Below are positions 1-8,196 of a stretch of DNA of 64,000 nucleotides, piece after piece. The translations under genes and the position numbers were made by a program. Location of the stretch: the NCBI GenBank assembly GCA_963666515.2, contig OY762897.2, forward strand, positions 3,104,001 to 3,168,000. Direction: 5' to 3'. This DNA comes from Candidatus Binatia bacterium (GTDB lineage Bacteria > Desulfobacterota > Binatia > UBA9968 > JAJDTQ01). The notes under the pieces are model-generated. The model saw only the letters and a list, made by a program, of their open reading frames with translations. It searched no databases and was not told where the DNA came from. Position 1 is the first letter of the stretch, and every line of letters begins with the position of its first letter.

Positions 1-370
1 ACGCCTCGTCCACGGACAGGAAGGTCACCAGCGGGGCCTCCTGCTTGGGGGTCGAGAAGCCCACCAGCGGGTCCCGGGCGATGACGCCCTCACGCACGAG
101 GTAGCGAAAGAATCCCTTGAGGGCGGCAAGCTTCCGCCCGATGGTGCTCTTCTTGCGGGTGTCGTGAAGCGTCTTCAGGTAGCCCCGGATCCACTGCGCG
201 TCTACGGATTGCAACGCCCCGGCGCCCTCCAGGTCGAGCCCACTATCCTCAAGATAACCGCGGAACCCTTCGACGTCGGTCAGGTAGCCCTTCACCGAAT
301 GGGGCGAGAACCGCGCCTGATCCCGCAAGTAGTCGCCGAAGCCCCCGATGTGCCGTGCGAATTCGTCCAT
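1..370 (-). CDS. xerC: Tyrosine recombinase XerC/XerD family, N-terminal part (runs off window start)
   Basis: Manual translation from ATG at 370: MDEFARHIGGFGDYLRDQARFSPHSVKGYLTDV...KKSTIGRKLAALKGFFRYLVREG...DPLVGFSTPKQEAPLVTFLSVDEA, typical of the Xer SAM-like N-domain. Not in the ORF track because it is truncated. xerC versus xerD is uncertain. Confidence 0.75.
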   Translation of the reverse strand, partial: MDEFARHIGGFGDYLRDQARFSPHSVKGYLTDVEGFRGYLEDSGLDLEGAGALQSVDAQWIRGYLKTLHDTRKKSTIGRKLAALKGFFRYLVREGVIARDPLVGFSTPKQEAPLVTFLSVDEA

Positions 371-405
371 CGGATATGGTATGCGCCCCGCCTGCTTGAA
401 ACGAG

Positions 406-433
406 CACGGGCGGGTTTGGAACCCGCCCCTAC
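406..433 (-). repeat. GTAG-type REP-like palindrome
   Basis: Minus strand reads GTAG-GGGCGGGTT-CCA-AACCCGCCC-GTG: a GTAG tetranucleotide followed by a 9-bp perfect stem, intergenic. Confidence 0.6.
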
Positions 434-457
434 ATCCCCGCCATCGCTGCAGCCTGC

Positions 458-1177
458 CTACAGCGCTGGAGCGTAGAGGTTGTCCGGCAGGCTCCGGATG
501 TAGTCGACGGTCTCTTCCAGCGACACCACGTCGGCGTACTTCATGTTCATGTCGAAGAGGTTGATCTTGTGGGAAGACTGCCCCCGGTCGAAGGTGCACT
601 CTTCCACGACGCTCACGCTGTAGTTGTACGAGAAGGCGTCGATGACGGAGGCTCTGACGCAGCCGCTGGTGGTGGTGCCGGCCACCAGCAGGGAGTCGGC
701 GTGCACCTCGTTCAACATGCTGGTGAGCGGGGTGCCGAAGAAGGCGCTCGGCTTCTGCTTGCGCACCACCACCTCGCCCTTCTGGGGCGCGATCTCCGCG
801 ACGATCTCGTTGCCCTTCTTCGCCAGGTCCTCGAAATCCTCGCTGCCGCGAGAGTTCTTGCCGTGCCAGCGGCCGAAGGCGACCGACTCCTCCTCGCCGT
901 GGCCGGTGGTGAAGAAGATCGGCAGGTGCTTCTTCCTCGCCTCTTCCAGGAGCGTGACGATGTGGTCCACACCGACCCACCCCTCCTCGCCGCAACTGTT
1001 GCGGAAGCGCTTGACCGACTCCAGGATGGGTTCCCGCCGGTCGCCCACGAAGTTGTAGTTGACGTCGATGACAAGCACGGCCGGCCGCGAACCGAACCCG
1101 GCCTTGGCGCCGTAGCCGGACAGCGCGAACACTTGCTTGTCGCGGTCGGTCAGAATGTCGTCCCATGTGTTGGCCAT
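458..1177 (-). CDS. Isochorismatase/cysteine hydrolase family amidohydrolase
   Basis: VIDV Asp, KQKPSAFFGT Lys and TTSGCVRAS Cys make up the family catalytic triad. Confidence 0.9.
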   Translation of the reverse strand: MANTWDDILTDRDKQVFALSGYGAKAGFGSRPAVLVIDVNYNFVGDRREPILESVKRFRNSCGEEGWVGVDHIVTLLEEARKKHLPIFFTTGHGEEESVAFGRWHGKNSRGSEDFEDLAKKGNEIVAEIAPQKGEVVVRKQKPSAFFGTPLTSMLNEVHADSLLVAGTTTSGCVRASVIDAFSYNYSVSVVEECTFDRGQSSHKINLFDMNMKYADVVSLEETVDYIRSLPDNLYAPAL

Positions 1178-1260
1178 GAATAGCTCCTCTCTGAATCAGC
1201 GCCCAGGTAACCACTGCGGCGGCCCTGGGGTCGGCATGTTTCTTGCACTTGTTCCCTGCG

Positions 1261-1289
1261 ATTATTCCTGTTGACGGCACTTCCGTCAA
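1261..1289 (-). promoter_or_regulatory. sigma70-like promoter with palindromic operator over the -35 box
   Basis: Minus strand TTGACG-17nt-AATAAT; perfect inverted repeat TTGACGG-N5-CCGTCAA at 1271-1289. Confidence 0.5.
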
Positions 1290-1389
1290 GACGCGGTGTC
1301 CAGCTCGCGGCTGGCGCCGGGTGGGTCCTCAGGGACAGCTCCGTATCGGTGAGGGAGCGCGCATGGCGTTGTTCCGGGCACCGCTCGCG

Positions 1390-1418
1390 TTGTCTCGCCG
1401 TCCGGGGTCTTGTAGAAT
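1390..1418 (+). promoter_or_regulatory. sigma70-like promoter of Uma2 gene
   Basis: TTGTCT-17nt-TAGAAT, with GGAGG RBS before ATG 1447. Confidence 0.5.
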
Positions 1419-1446
1419 TTCCCGGAAGCGAACGGAGGACGCGATC

Positions 1447-2175
1447 ATGGTGATCTCGCACACGCCCGCGAGAGGAAACGACTCAAACACGGCTGTCGAG
1501 ACGGGTTCGCGTGGAACGACGCCGCCGCTGGAGAACGGCGACCGGTTGACCCGGGACGAGTTCGAGCGGCGCTATGACGCGATGCCCGACTTGAAGAAGG
1601 CGGAGCTCATCAAAGGAGTGGTGTACGTGGGTTCACCCGTTCGCTTCGGGAGACACGGCGAGCCCCACGCAAGGCTACTGACGTGGTTGGGCACCTACGC
1701 GGCCTTCACCGCGGGGGTTCAGCACGGCGGCAACGCGACCCTCCGCCTGGATTGGGACACGGAGCCCCAACCGGACGCCTTGCTGCGCGTGGAGGCCGAG
1801 GGCCGCGCCAGTTCGCGGGTCAGCGCCGATGACTACGTGGAAGGTGCGCCCGAGCTGGTGGCCGAGGTTTCCTCCAGCACGGTCTCCTACGACTTGCACG
1901 ACAAGATGGATGCCTACCGTAGCGCGGGCGTGAAGGAATACCTGGTCTGGCGCGTGGAAGACCGGGAGTTCGACTGGTTCCTGCTGCGCGACGGCGAATA
2001 CGTCCGCATCTCACCCGGTCCCGATGGCGTGCACGAAAGCAGTACCTTTCCGGGATTGCGGCTGGCGGTTGCGGCGCTGTTGGCCGGCGACATGGCCCGA
2101 GTCATGGGCGAGCTTCAAAGAGGTCTGGACGCCGCCGAACACGCCGAGTTCGTCGCCTCGCTGGCATCACCTTGA
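1447..2175 (+). CDS. Uma2 (DUF820) family PD-(D/E)xK endonuclease
   Basis: PPLENGDRLTRDEFERRY..KKAELIKGVVY, EPQPDA, APELVAEVS, K..Y...GVKEYLVW; start placed at the ATG after GGAGG. Confidence 0.88.
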   Translation: MVISHTPARGNDSNTAVETGSRGTTPPLENGDRLTRDEFERRYDAMPDLKKAELIKGVVYVGSPVRFGRHGEPHARLLTWLGTYAAFTAGVQHGGNATLRLDWDTEPQPDALLRVEAEGRASSRVSADDYVEGAPELVAEVSSSTVSYDLHDKMDAYRSAGVKEYLVWRVEDREFDWFLLRDGEYVRISPGPDGVHESSTFPGLRLAVAALLAGDMARVMGELQRGLDAAEHAEFVASLASP

Positions 2176-2236
2176 CTCCATCCGTCACGCTCTCGTCGTG
2201 TTTGCACCGCTCTGTCTCCTGCGGCCCCGCAGTTCC

Positions 2237-2265
2237 TTGACTTGGCAAGTGCCAGATTCCATATT
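2237..2265 (+). promoter_or_regulatory. sigma70-like promoter of moaA (near-leaderless)
   Basis: TTGACT-17nt-CATATT, 8 nt before GTG 2274; TGGCA-AG-TGCCA palindrome in the spacer. Confidence 0.45.
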
Positions 2266-2273
2266 GTTTCATC

Positions 2274-3287
2274 GTGCTGACCGACCGATTCCATCGCCCG
2301 CTCAGTGATTTGCGGATATCCGTGACGGACCGGTGCAACTTCCGCTGCACCTACTGCATGCCTTTCGACCACTACGACTGGATCGACAAGCGGGAGATCC
2401 TGACCTACGAGGAGATCTGCCGAGTGGTACGGCTGGCGGTGCCGCTGGGGGTGCGGAAGATCCGGCTGACGGGCGGCGAGCCGCTGCTGCGGCGCGACCT
2501 GGCGGACCTGGTGCGGCAGCTCTCCGGCATCGACGGCATCGAGGACATTGCGCTGACAACCAACGGCTCGCGCCTGGGCGAGATGGCCGGGGCGTTGCGG
2601 TCCGCCGGGCTGAACCGGATCAACGTGAGCATCGACAGCCTCGACCCGGAACGGTTCCGGAGCGTCACCAAGCGCGGCGACCTGGACGAGGTTCTCAGAG
2701 GGCTGTTCGCGGCGCGAGAGGCCGGACTGGATCCCATCAAGATCAACGCGGTCATCGAACGCGGCGTCAACGAGGACGACATCCTGCCGCTGGTGGAGTT
2801 CGGACGGGAGCACGGCTTCGTGATCCGGTTCATCGAATACATGGACGTGGGGACCGCCAACGCCTGGCGGCTGGAGCGGACCGTGCCGAAGGCGGAGATC
2901 CTGGAACGGATCAGCGAGCGCTATCCGCTGGAGCCTGTCGGCCGCGGCGACGGCAACGCGCCGGCCGTGGACTACGCGTTCCGCGACGGCAAGGGCACCG
3001 TGGGCATCGTGGCTTCGGTCACCGAGCCGTTCTGCGGCACGTGCAGCCGCGGGCGCCTGACCGCGGACGGCCGGCTCGTGACCTGCCTCTTCTCCCGCAC
3101 CGGGCACGACCTCAAGGCGCGGCTCCGAAGCGGCGCCGGCGACGACGAGATCCGTACCTGGATGGAGTCGGTCTGGGCCGGCCGGACCGACCGGTTCTCC
3201 GCAGAGCGGCTCGAAGCCATTCAGTCACCCGACGGCTATGACCCCGGACAACACGACAAGATCGAAATGATTACGCTGGGGGGGTGA
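2274..3287 (+). CDS. moaA: GTP 3',8-cyclase MoaA
   Basis: LRISVTDRCNFRCTYC radical SAM motif, TGGEPLLR, C-terminal CxxCxR..C cluster and terminal GG. Confidence 0.96.
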   Translation: MLTDRFHRPLSDLRISVTDRCNFRCTYCMPFDHYDWIDKREILTYEEICRVVRLAVPLGVRKIRLTGGEPLLRRDLADLVRQLSGIDGIEDIALTTNGSRLGEMAGALRSAGLNRINVSIDSLDPERFRSVTKRGDLDEVLRGLFAAREAGLDPIKINAVIERGVNEDDILPLVEFGREHGFVIRFIEYMDVGTANAWRLERTVPKAEILERISERYPLEPVGRGDGNAPAVDYAFRDGKGTVGIVASVTEPFCGTCSRGRLTADGRLVTCLFSRTGHDLKARLRSGAGDDEIRTWMESVWAGRTDRFSAERLEAIQSPDGYDPGQHDKIEMITLGG

Positions 3288-3367
3288 CACGCCGTCTTCG
3301 ATTCACGACGCGCGCGCCCCCCGACCGACGGCCCGCTCCTCCGAGGCCGCTTCACCAGGACACTCGA

Positions 3368-4453
3368 ATGCTCCTCATCAACAATGAAACCGTAGAGGAA
3401 ATCCTCGACATGAAAGGGTGCATCGACGCCCTGGAGACCGGCTACCGCGACCTGCTGGCAGAGCGCGCGGTGTACCGGCCGCGCATCGATCTGTACGTGC
3501 CCCAGGAGGACCCCGAGCGCATGTACCGCTGGGGGACCATGGAGGGCGCCTCCCGCTCCTTCGGCGTGTTCGCCATCCGCATGAAGTCCGACATGCTGGA
3601 GTGGCCCGAGGGGCGAACGGTGGAGAAGTACTGCATGGAGCCCGGCACCTACTGCGGGCTGGTCATGGTCTTCTCCGCGCGCAACGCCGAGCCCCTGGCC
3701 ATCATCAACGACGGCATCATCCAGCACATGCGGGTGGGCGCCTGCGCCGGTCTGGCCGCCCGCTACCTGGCCCGGGAAGACGCCGCGGTGGTAGGCATGC
3801 TCGGCTCCGGCGGCATGGCGGAGACCTATCTGCGGGCGTTCGCGGAGGTCCGCAAGCTCCGGGAGGTCAAGGTCTACAGTCCCACCCCGGCCAACCGCGA
3901 GGCCTACGCGCGCAGGATGAGCGAGATGCTGGGCGTGCCGGTGACGGCGCGCGAAGGCGTGGAGGAGGTGGTGCGGGGCTCCGACATGGTGGCCACCTGC
4001 ACCGACTCGGTGCGGGTGGTAGTAGAAAACTCCGGCTGGGTGGAGGACGGTGCCTTTGTCACCTGCGTCCGCAGCAACGAATGGGAACCCGGCATCCTCG
4101 ACCGCTGCGACGTCATCGTGAAGCTCGGGCGCGGCACCATCCACACTCTGGACGAGGGCATGCGGCGCATCGCCGGATACGCCTCCTACGTGGCCGGCAC
4201 CGAGGACGAAACGAAACGCATCGTCACACCCGGAGTTGATCTGTTCGCCGGTCAGCACCCCCTTCTCACGGATCTCATGGGGGGCACCGTCCAGGGCCGT
4301 CGGAAGGATTCGGACGTGGCATTGTTCCTGAACGACGGCACCCAGGGGCTCCAGTTCGCGTCGGTGGCCGGCTACGTGGTGCGGAAGGCGCAGGAGTTGG
4401 GCGCGGGCCGGGAGATTCCAAGGGAGTGGTTCACACAGGACATTCGGGATTAG
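3368..4453 (+). CDS. Ornithine cyclodeaminase/mu-crystallin family protein
   Basis: GMLGSGGMA Rossmann motif, VYSPTPANR, TQGLQFASVAG; start set at ATG 3368 (MLLINN). Confidence 0.88.
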   Translation: MLLINNETVEEILDMKGCIDALETGYRDLLAERAVYRPRIDLYVPQEDPERMYRWGTMEGASRSFGVFAIRMKSDMLEWPEGRTVEKYCMEPGTYCGLVMVFSARNAEPLAIINDGIIQHMRVGACAGLAARYLAREDAAVVGMLGSGGMAETYLRAFAEVRKLREVKVYSPTPANREAYARRMSEMLGVPVTAREGVEEVVRGSDMVATCTDSVRVVVENSGWVEDGAFVTCVRSNEWEPGILDRCDVIVKLGRGTIHTLDEGMRRIAGYASYVAGTEDETKRIVTPGVDLFAGQHPLLTDLMGGTVQGRRKDSDVALFLNDGTQGLQFASVAGYVVRKAQELGAGREIPREWFTQDIRD

Positions 4454-4483
4454 AGGTCCCTGTATTCAAGGGAGAGATGACGG

Positions 4484-5479
4484 ATGCTCAAGGTCATTCC
4501 GGTTGAAGAAGCGGTAGGGTTGCGTCTGGCCCACGACATCACCGAGATCATACCCGGCGGTCACAAGGGGCCGCGCTTCAGGCGCGGACACCTCATCGCC
4601 GAGGAGGACGTGCCGCGGCTGCTGGACGTGGGCAAGGCCCATATCTACATCATGGACCTCGGTTCGGACGAGTTGCACGAGGAGGACGCCGCCAAACGGC
4701 TGGCCCGGGCGGCCTCGGGGGACGGCCTGACGCTCACCGACCCGAGCGAGGGCCGGGTCAACCTGGTGGCGGAGCAGGACGGCATGCTGGACGTGGACGA
4801 GGAACTGCTCTTCCGCTTCAACGAGTTGGGAGACCTCATACTGGCTACCCTTCCCTCCGGGGAGTTCGTCCGGGAAGGCACAGTGGTGGGCGGCACCCGC
4901 ACCATCCCGATAGTGGTGAAGGAGGAGTTGGTGGAGCGGGCGGAAGCCCTTTGCAAGGACAGCCCCATGGTGTCGGTGAACGCCATGCCCGCGAAGAAGG
5001 TCTTCCTGCTGGTCACCGGCAGTGAGGTCTTCACCGGCCGGATCAAGGACGGCTTCGAGCCGGCGGTGCGGAAGAAGGTGGAGGGGATGGGCTCAACCCT
5101 GGAGCCGGCTACCCTGGCACCCGACGACCCGGACGTCATCGCGGGCCACATCAAGGACTTCGCGGACAAGGGCGCCGAGGTGATCCTAGTGAGCGGCGGC
5201 ATGTCCGTGGACCCCGACGACCTCACCCCCGAGGGCATCCGCCGGAGCGGCGCCAACGTGATCTCACACGGATTCCCGGTGCTCCCGGGCTCCATGTTCC
5301 TGATGAGCTACCTGGGAGACATCCCGGTCCTCGGCCTCTCCGGCTGCGTCCTCCACGATCCCGTCACCGCCTTCGACTTCATGCTGCCCAAGCTCCTGGC
5401 CGGCGCTCGCGTCACCCGCGAGGACATCCTGCGCATGGGCCACGGCGGGCTCCAGAAGAAGCACCGGCACCACCATTGA
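4484..5479 (+). CDS. Molybdopterin-binding protein (MoeA-like)
   Basis: EAVG..LAHDITEI N-terminus, VTGSEV..GRIKDGF, GGMSVDPDDLTP, PVLPGSMF; near moaA; His-rich C-terminus. Confidence 0.88.
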   Translation: MLKVIPVEEAVGLRLAHDITEIIPGGHKGPRFRRGHLIAEEDVPRLLDVGKAHIYIMDLGSDELHEEDAAKRLARAASGDGLTLTDPSEGRVNLVAEQDGMLDVDEELLFRFNELGDLILATLPSGEFVREGTVVGGTRTIPIVVKEELVERAEALCKDSPMVSVNAMPAKKVFLLVTGSEVFTGRIKDGFEPAVRKKVEGMGSTLEPATLAPDDPDVIAGHIKDFADKGAEVILVSGGMSVDPDDLTPEGIRRSGANVISHGFPVLPGSMFLMSYLGDIPVLGLSGCVLHDPVTAFDFMLPKLLAGARVTREDILRMGHGGLQKKHRHHH

Positions 5480-5604
5480 AGCATAAAACGACCGGGCGAA
5501 GAGGCGTCTAGTTTTTCCACGAACACGCAACGAACCACCTCAGAAGAAGGTGGAGAACGCCCATGGGATCAAGCTGCGGTCTCGCACTTTCGTTGTGAAT
5601 GCAT

Positions 5605-5901
5605 TCATGAGAGGTAGCGATCTATCTCCAGCGCGCCGTGAAATACCCCGAGAATATCGATTGGCCTATCGTCCGCCAAGATATATGCAATCCGGTAGTG
5701 CCCATAAAGCAGTATCCGGATCTCAGCCTCCGGTTCAGAACGATATTTGTAACCGATTTCCGGATAACGCTTGAGCACCTGTACCTTTTCGTAGATTCCC
5801 TCCACCACTCTGGCGGCTGCGGTCGGATCGTCTTTTGCGATGTAGTCGTAAATGTCCCTCAACCAAGTTTCTGCCTCGACCGTCCACCTTATTTCTGCCA
5901 T
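5605..5901 (-). CDS. RelE/ParE family toxin
   Basis: IRWT..A...L.DIYDYIA.D.P.AA, YPEIG, YRIAY, ILGVFHGA. Confidence 0.9.
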   Translation of the reverse strand: MAEIRWTVEAETWLRDIYDYIAKDDPTAAARVVEGIYEKVQVLKRYPEIGYKYRSEPEAEIRILLYGHYRIAYILADDRPIDILGVFHGALEIDRYLS

Positions 5902-6074
5902 GAGCGGATACGATGTTCCATTTCTTCGTTTGATATCACACGGGCTTCTCGAGAATCCGTGAGACCACGCTCCACCATGCGCTCAAACGCAAGCTCCCGC
6001 AGAATCTCATCGTACGTCGCATCCTCTGGCTGAGCCTCAATGACGTCCTTCATTTTCTGTTTCGCTGCAGTCAT
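5889..6074 (-). CDS. Cognate antitoxin of ParE toxin
   Basis: 61 aa, QPEDATYDEI..L......ERGL.DS...RVIS.EE; overlaps the toxin start by 13 nt. Confidence 0.8.
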   Translation of the reverse strand: MTAAKQKMKDVIEAQPEDATYDEILRELAFERMVERGLTDSREARVISNEEMEHRIRSWQK

Positions 6075-6115
6075 GCGTCTCTCCCCCGACAGCGTCTTGA
6101 ATCCTTGAGTTCGAT

Positions 6116-6352
6116 TCACTCCTTGTACCAGATCGCTTGCCGGTAGTCTCGCACCCGGGGCCGCTTGGCGAGCTTGTCACTCTTGCAGAGCCAGCAACGA
6201 GACTTGCCGCAGCCGGCGACCTTCTGGCCTTTGCGGAATCTACCCGGCTGTTTGTCGCAGACGCATCCCGTGTCGGCACCCGCATGCAAGAGCCGATTGT
6301 GGGCGCGCCATACGTGCAGCGTACGTTCTCGTTCAACGGCCGCCCGTCGCAT
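6116..6352 (-). CDS. Small basic Cys/His-rich hypothetical protein
   Basis: 78 aa with CxC and CxxxxCxxC; fills the gap 7 nt after the phosphoesterase gene, in the same orientation. Confidence 0.5.
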   Translation of the reverse strand: MRRAAVERERTLHVWRAHNRLLHAGADTGCVCDKQPGRFRKGQKVAGCGKSRCWLCKSDKLAKRPRVRDYRQAIWYKE

Positions 6353-6359
6353 TGGCGCC

Positions 6360-7070
6360 TCACACGGGAATCTGCGTCACCACGACGCGGCCGTCGCTCT
6401 GGAGACGGATGGCGTTGACGGTGCCGGCGTAGCTTGGGGAGCCGGAGTAGTAAGCGGGGATCTGCTGGTCGCCCACCGCCACGGCGCGGTTCCAGTGGCC
6501 CAGGGCCACGTAGTCGGCGCCGCTGGTGGTGAGGTTTTCCTGGCGGATCAGCCACGAGCCCAGCAGCACGTCCGATCCGGGCTCGTCCTCGACGTAGTGG
6601 CCGTGGGCCACGGCCAACTGCCAGCGGGTGCGGCGCTCCGGGGGTTCCGGGAGCGGCATCATGTCCAGGTAATCCACGTGGGGCCGGCCCCAGACCTCGA
6701 GGTCCAGCTCAGGAAAGTCGCTTCGTTCAGTCGTCAGCCCCAGGACGTGGACGTTGCCGGTGTTGGCGAACTCGGACCGGCGATAGACCGAGTCCGGGGT
6801 GAGCGGATCGTGGTTCCCCGGCAGGATGACGATGGGAAGGCCGGCTTCGGCCATGACATCCGAAACCTCCTCCAGGAGCCCGGCCCGCTGCCGGTTGTGA
6901 TCGAAGGTGTCCCCGGCGAGGATGACGAGATCGGCCTGCTGCGCGCGCGCCGTTGCAAGAACCTGCTGGAGCACCGGCACGTTGCCGGAGACATCGTCGG
7001 TCAGGACGCTGTCGGCGCCCAGATGCAGGTCGGACGTGTGGAGGATCAGGACTTCACGCGATGCGCTCAT
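6360..7070 (-). CDS. Metallophosphoesterase, SbcD/Mre11-like
   Basis: HTSDLHLG, AGDTFD, LPGNHD, AHGH, ALGHW, YSGSP motifs. Confidence 0.88.
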   Translation of the reverse strand: MSASREVLILHTSDLHLGADSVLTDDVSGNVPVLQQVLATARAQQADLVILAGDTFDHNRQRAGLLEEVSDVMAEAGLPIVILPGNHDPLTPDSVYRRSEFANTGNVHVLGLTTERSDFPELDLEVWGRPHVDYLDMMPLPEPPERRTRWQLAVAHGHYVEDEPGSDVLLGSWLIRQENLTTSGADYVALGHWNRAVAVGDQQIPAYYSGSPSYAGTVNAIRLQSDGRVVVTQIPV

Positions 7071-7105
7071 GTGTCAGGGTCTCTCTGTGCGTCACGGGCA
7101 GAAGA

Positions 7106-7131
7106 CACGGGCGGAGTGAAACCCGCCCGTG
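7106..7131 (-). terminator. GC hairpin downstream of oxidoreductase beta gene (terminator or REP relic)
   Basis: CACGGGCGG-N8-CCGCCCGTG perfect 9-bp stem; sequence resembles the element at 406-433. Confidence 0.45.
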
Positions 7132-7173
7132 AACGTCTCTTCGCAGGCTTGAGACGCGGGTGGCGCCGCCGGG

Positions 7174-8196
7174 CTATTTCATCAGCTCGGCGTTGATCCG
7201 GTCCAGTGTATCCGGCAACGGCTGTGTCGCGGCCTGGTCAAGGTAGGCCAGCGGCGTGTCGCAGAGGTTGAGGTCGTCTACGAACTCGGCCCGCTCCTCG
7301 TTGAGGTAGACGAGGCCGGTCAGGAACTTGTGCTCGGCCACCGCGGCGTGGAGCGCGGTCACGGCCTGCATGCGGTTGGTGGGGTCGTAGTTGTGGCCGA
7401 GCTTGTGCAGGGTGATCCGGGAACCGTCGTGCAGGGTGACCTCCTGGTCGGTGCCCTCCTGGTAGTCCACCTCGATGTTCTCGTAGGGCGGAATGAAGTC
7501 GATGTCGTGGAGCGGGTCCAGGTGCTCGCGGATGTACTTGAGGCTCTTGGTGGAGCCGGAATGGTCGTTGAACGTCACGCACGGGCTCAACACGTCCAGG
7601 ATGGCGGTCCCCTGGTGGGCGACGGCGCCCTGGATCAGCGGCGCGAGCTGCTTGCGGTCGCCGGAGAAGCTCCGGGCGACGTAGGTGGCGCCCAGGGTGA
7701 TGGCCAGTTCGCACAGGTCGATAGCGGGCATGTCGTTGATCTTGCCGCCCTTCATCACCGTGCCCTCGTCCGCGGTGGCGGAGAACTGGCCCTTGGTCAG
7801 TCCGTACACGCCGTTGTTCTCGATGACGTAGGTGATGTTCACGTTGCGGCGCATCATGTGGCAGAAGTTGCCGAGCCCGATGGCCGAGGTGTCGCCGTCA
7901 CCGGAAATTCCCAGCGGAATCATGGCGTGGTTGCCGACGTTGGCCCCGGTGGCCACCGAAGCCATGCGGCCGTGCACCGCGTTGATGCCGAACGCCTGGT
8001 TCATGAAGTAGTTGGGGGTCTTGGAGGAGCAGCCGATGCCGCTCAGCTTGATGACCTTGCGCGGGTCTACGCTGCTGGCGAAGAACGCGCGCATGATGGA
8101 CGCGGAGATCGCGTCATGGCCGCAGCCGCGGCACATGGTGGATTCCGCCCCCTTGTAGTCCTTCTCGGTCAGATCGACGCGGTTTGTCTTTGCCAT
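7174..8196 (-). CDS. korB: 2-oxoacid:ferredoxin oxidoreductase beta subunit
   Basis: CRGCGH, SGIGCSS, HGR, GDGD TPP motif, NNGVYGLTKGQ.S, SPCVTFN. Substrate is not determinable from sequence. Confidence 0.93.
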   Translation of the reverse strand: MAKTNRVDLTEKDYKGAESTMCRGCGHDAISASIMRAFFASSVDPRKVIKLSGIGCSSKTPNYFMNQAFGINAVHGRMASVATGANVGNHAMIPLGISGDGDTSAIGLGNFCHMMRRNVNITYVIENNGVYGLTKGQFSATADEGTVMKGGKINDMPAIDLCELAITLGATYVARSFSGDRKQLAPLIQGAVAHQGTAILDVLSPCVTFNDHSGSTKSLKYIREHLDPLHDIDFIPPYENIEVDYQEGTDQEVTLHDGSRITLHKLGHNYDPTNRMQAVTALHAAVAEHKFLTGLVYLNEERAEFVDDLNLCDTPLAYLDQAATQPLPDTLDRINAELMK

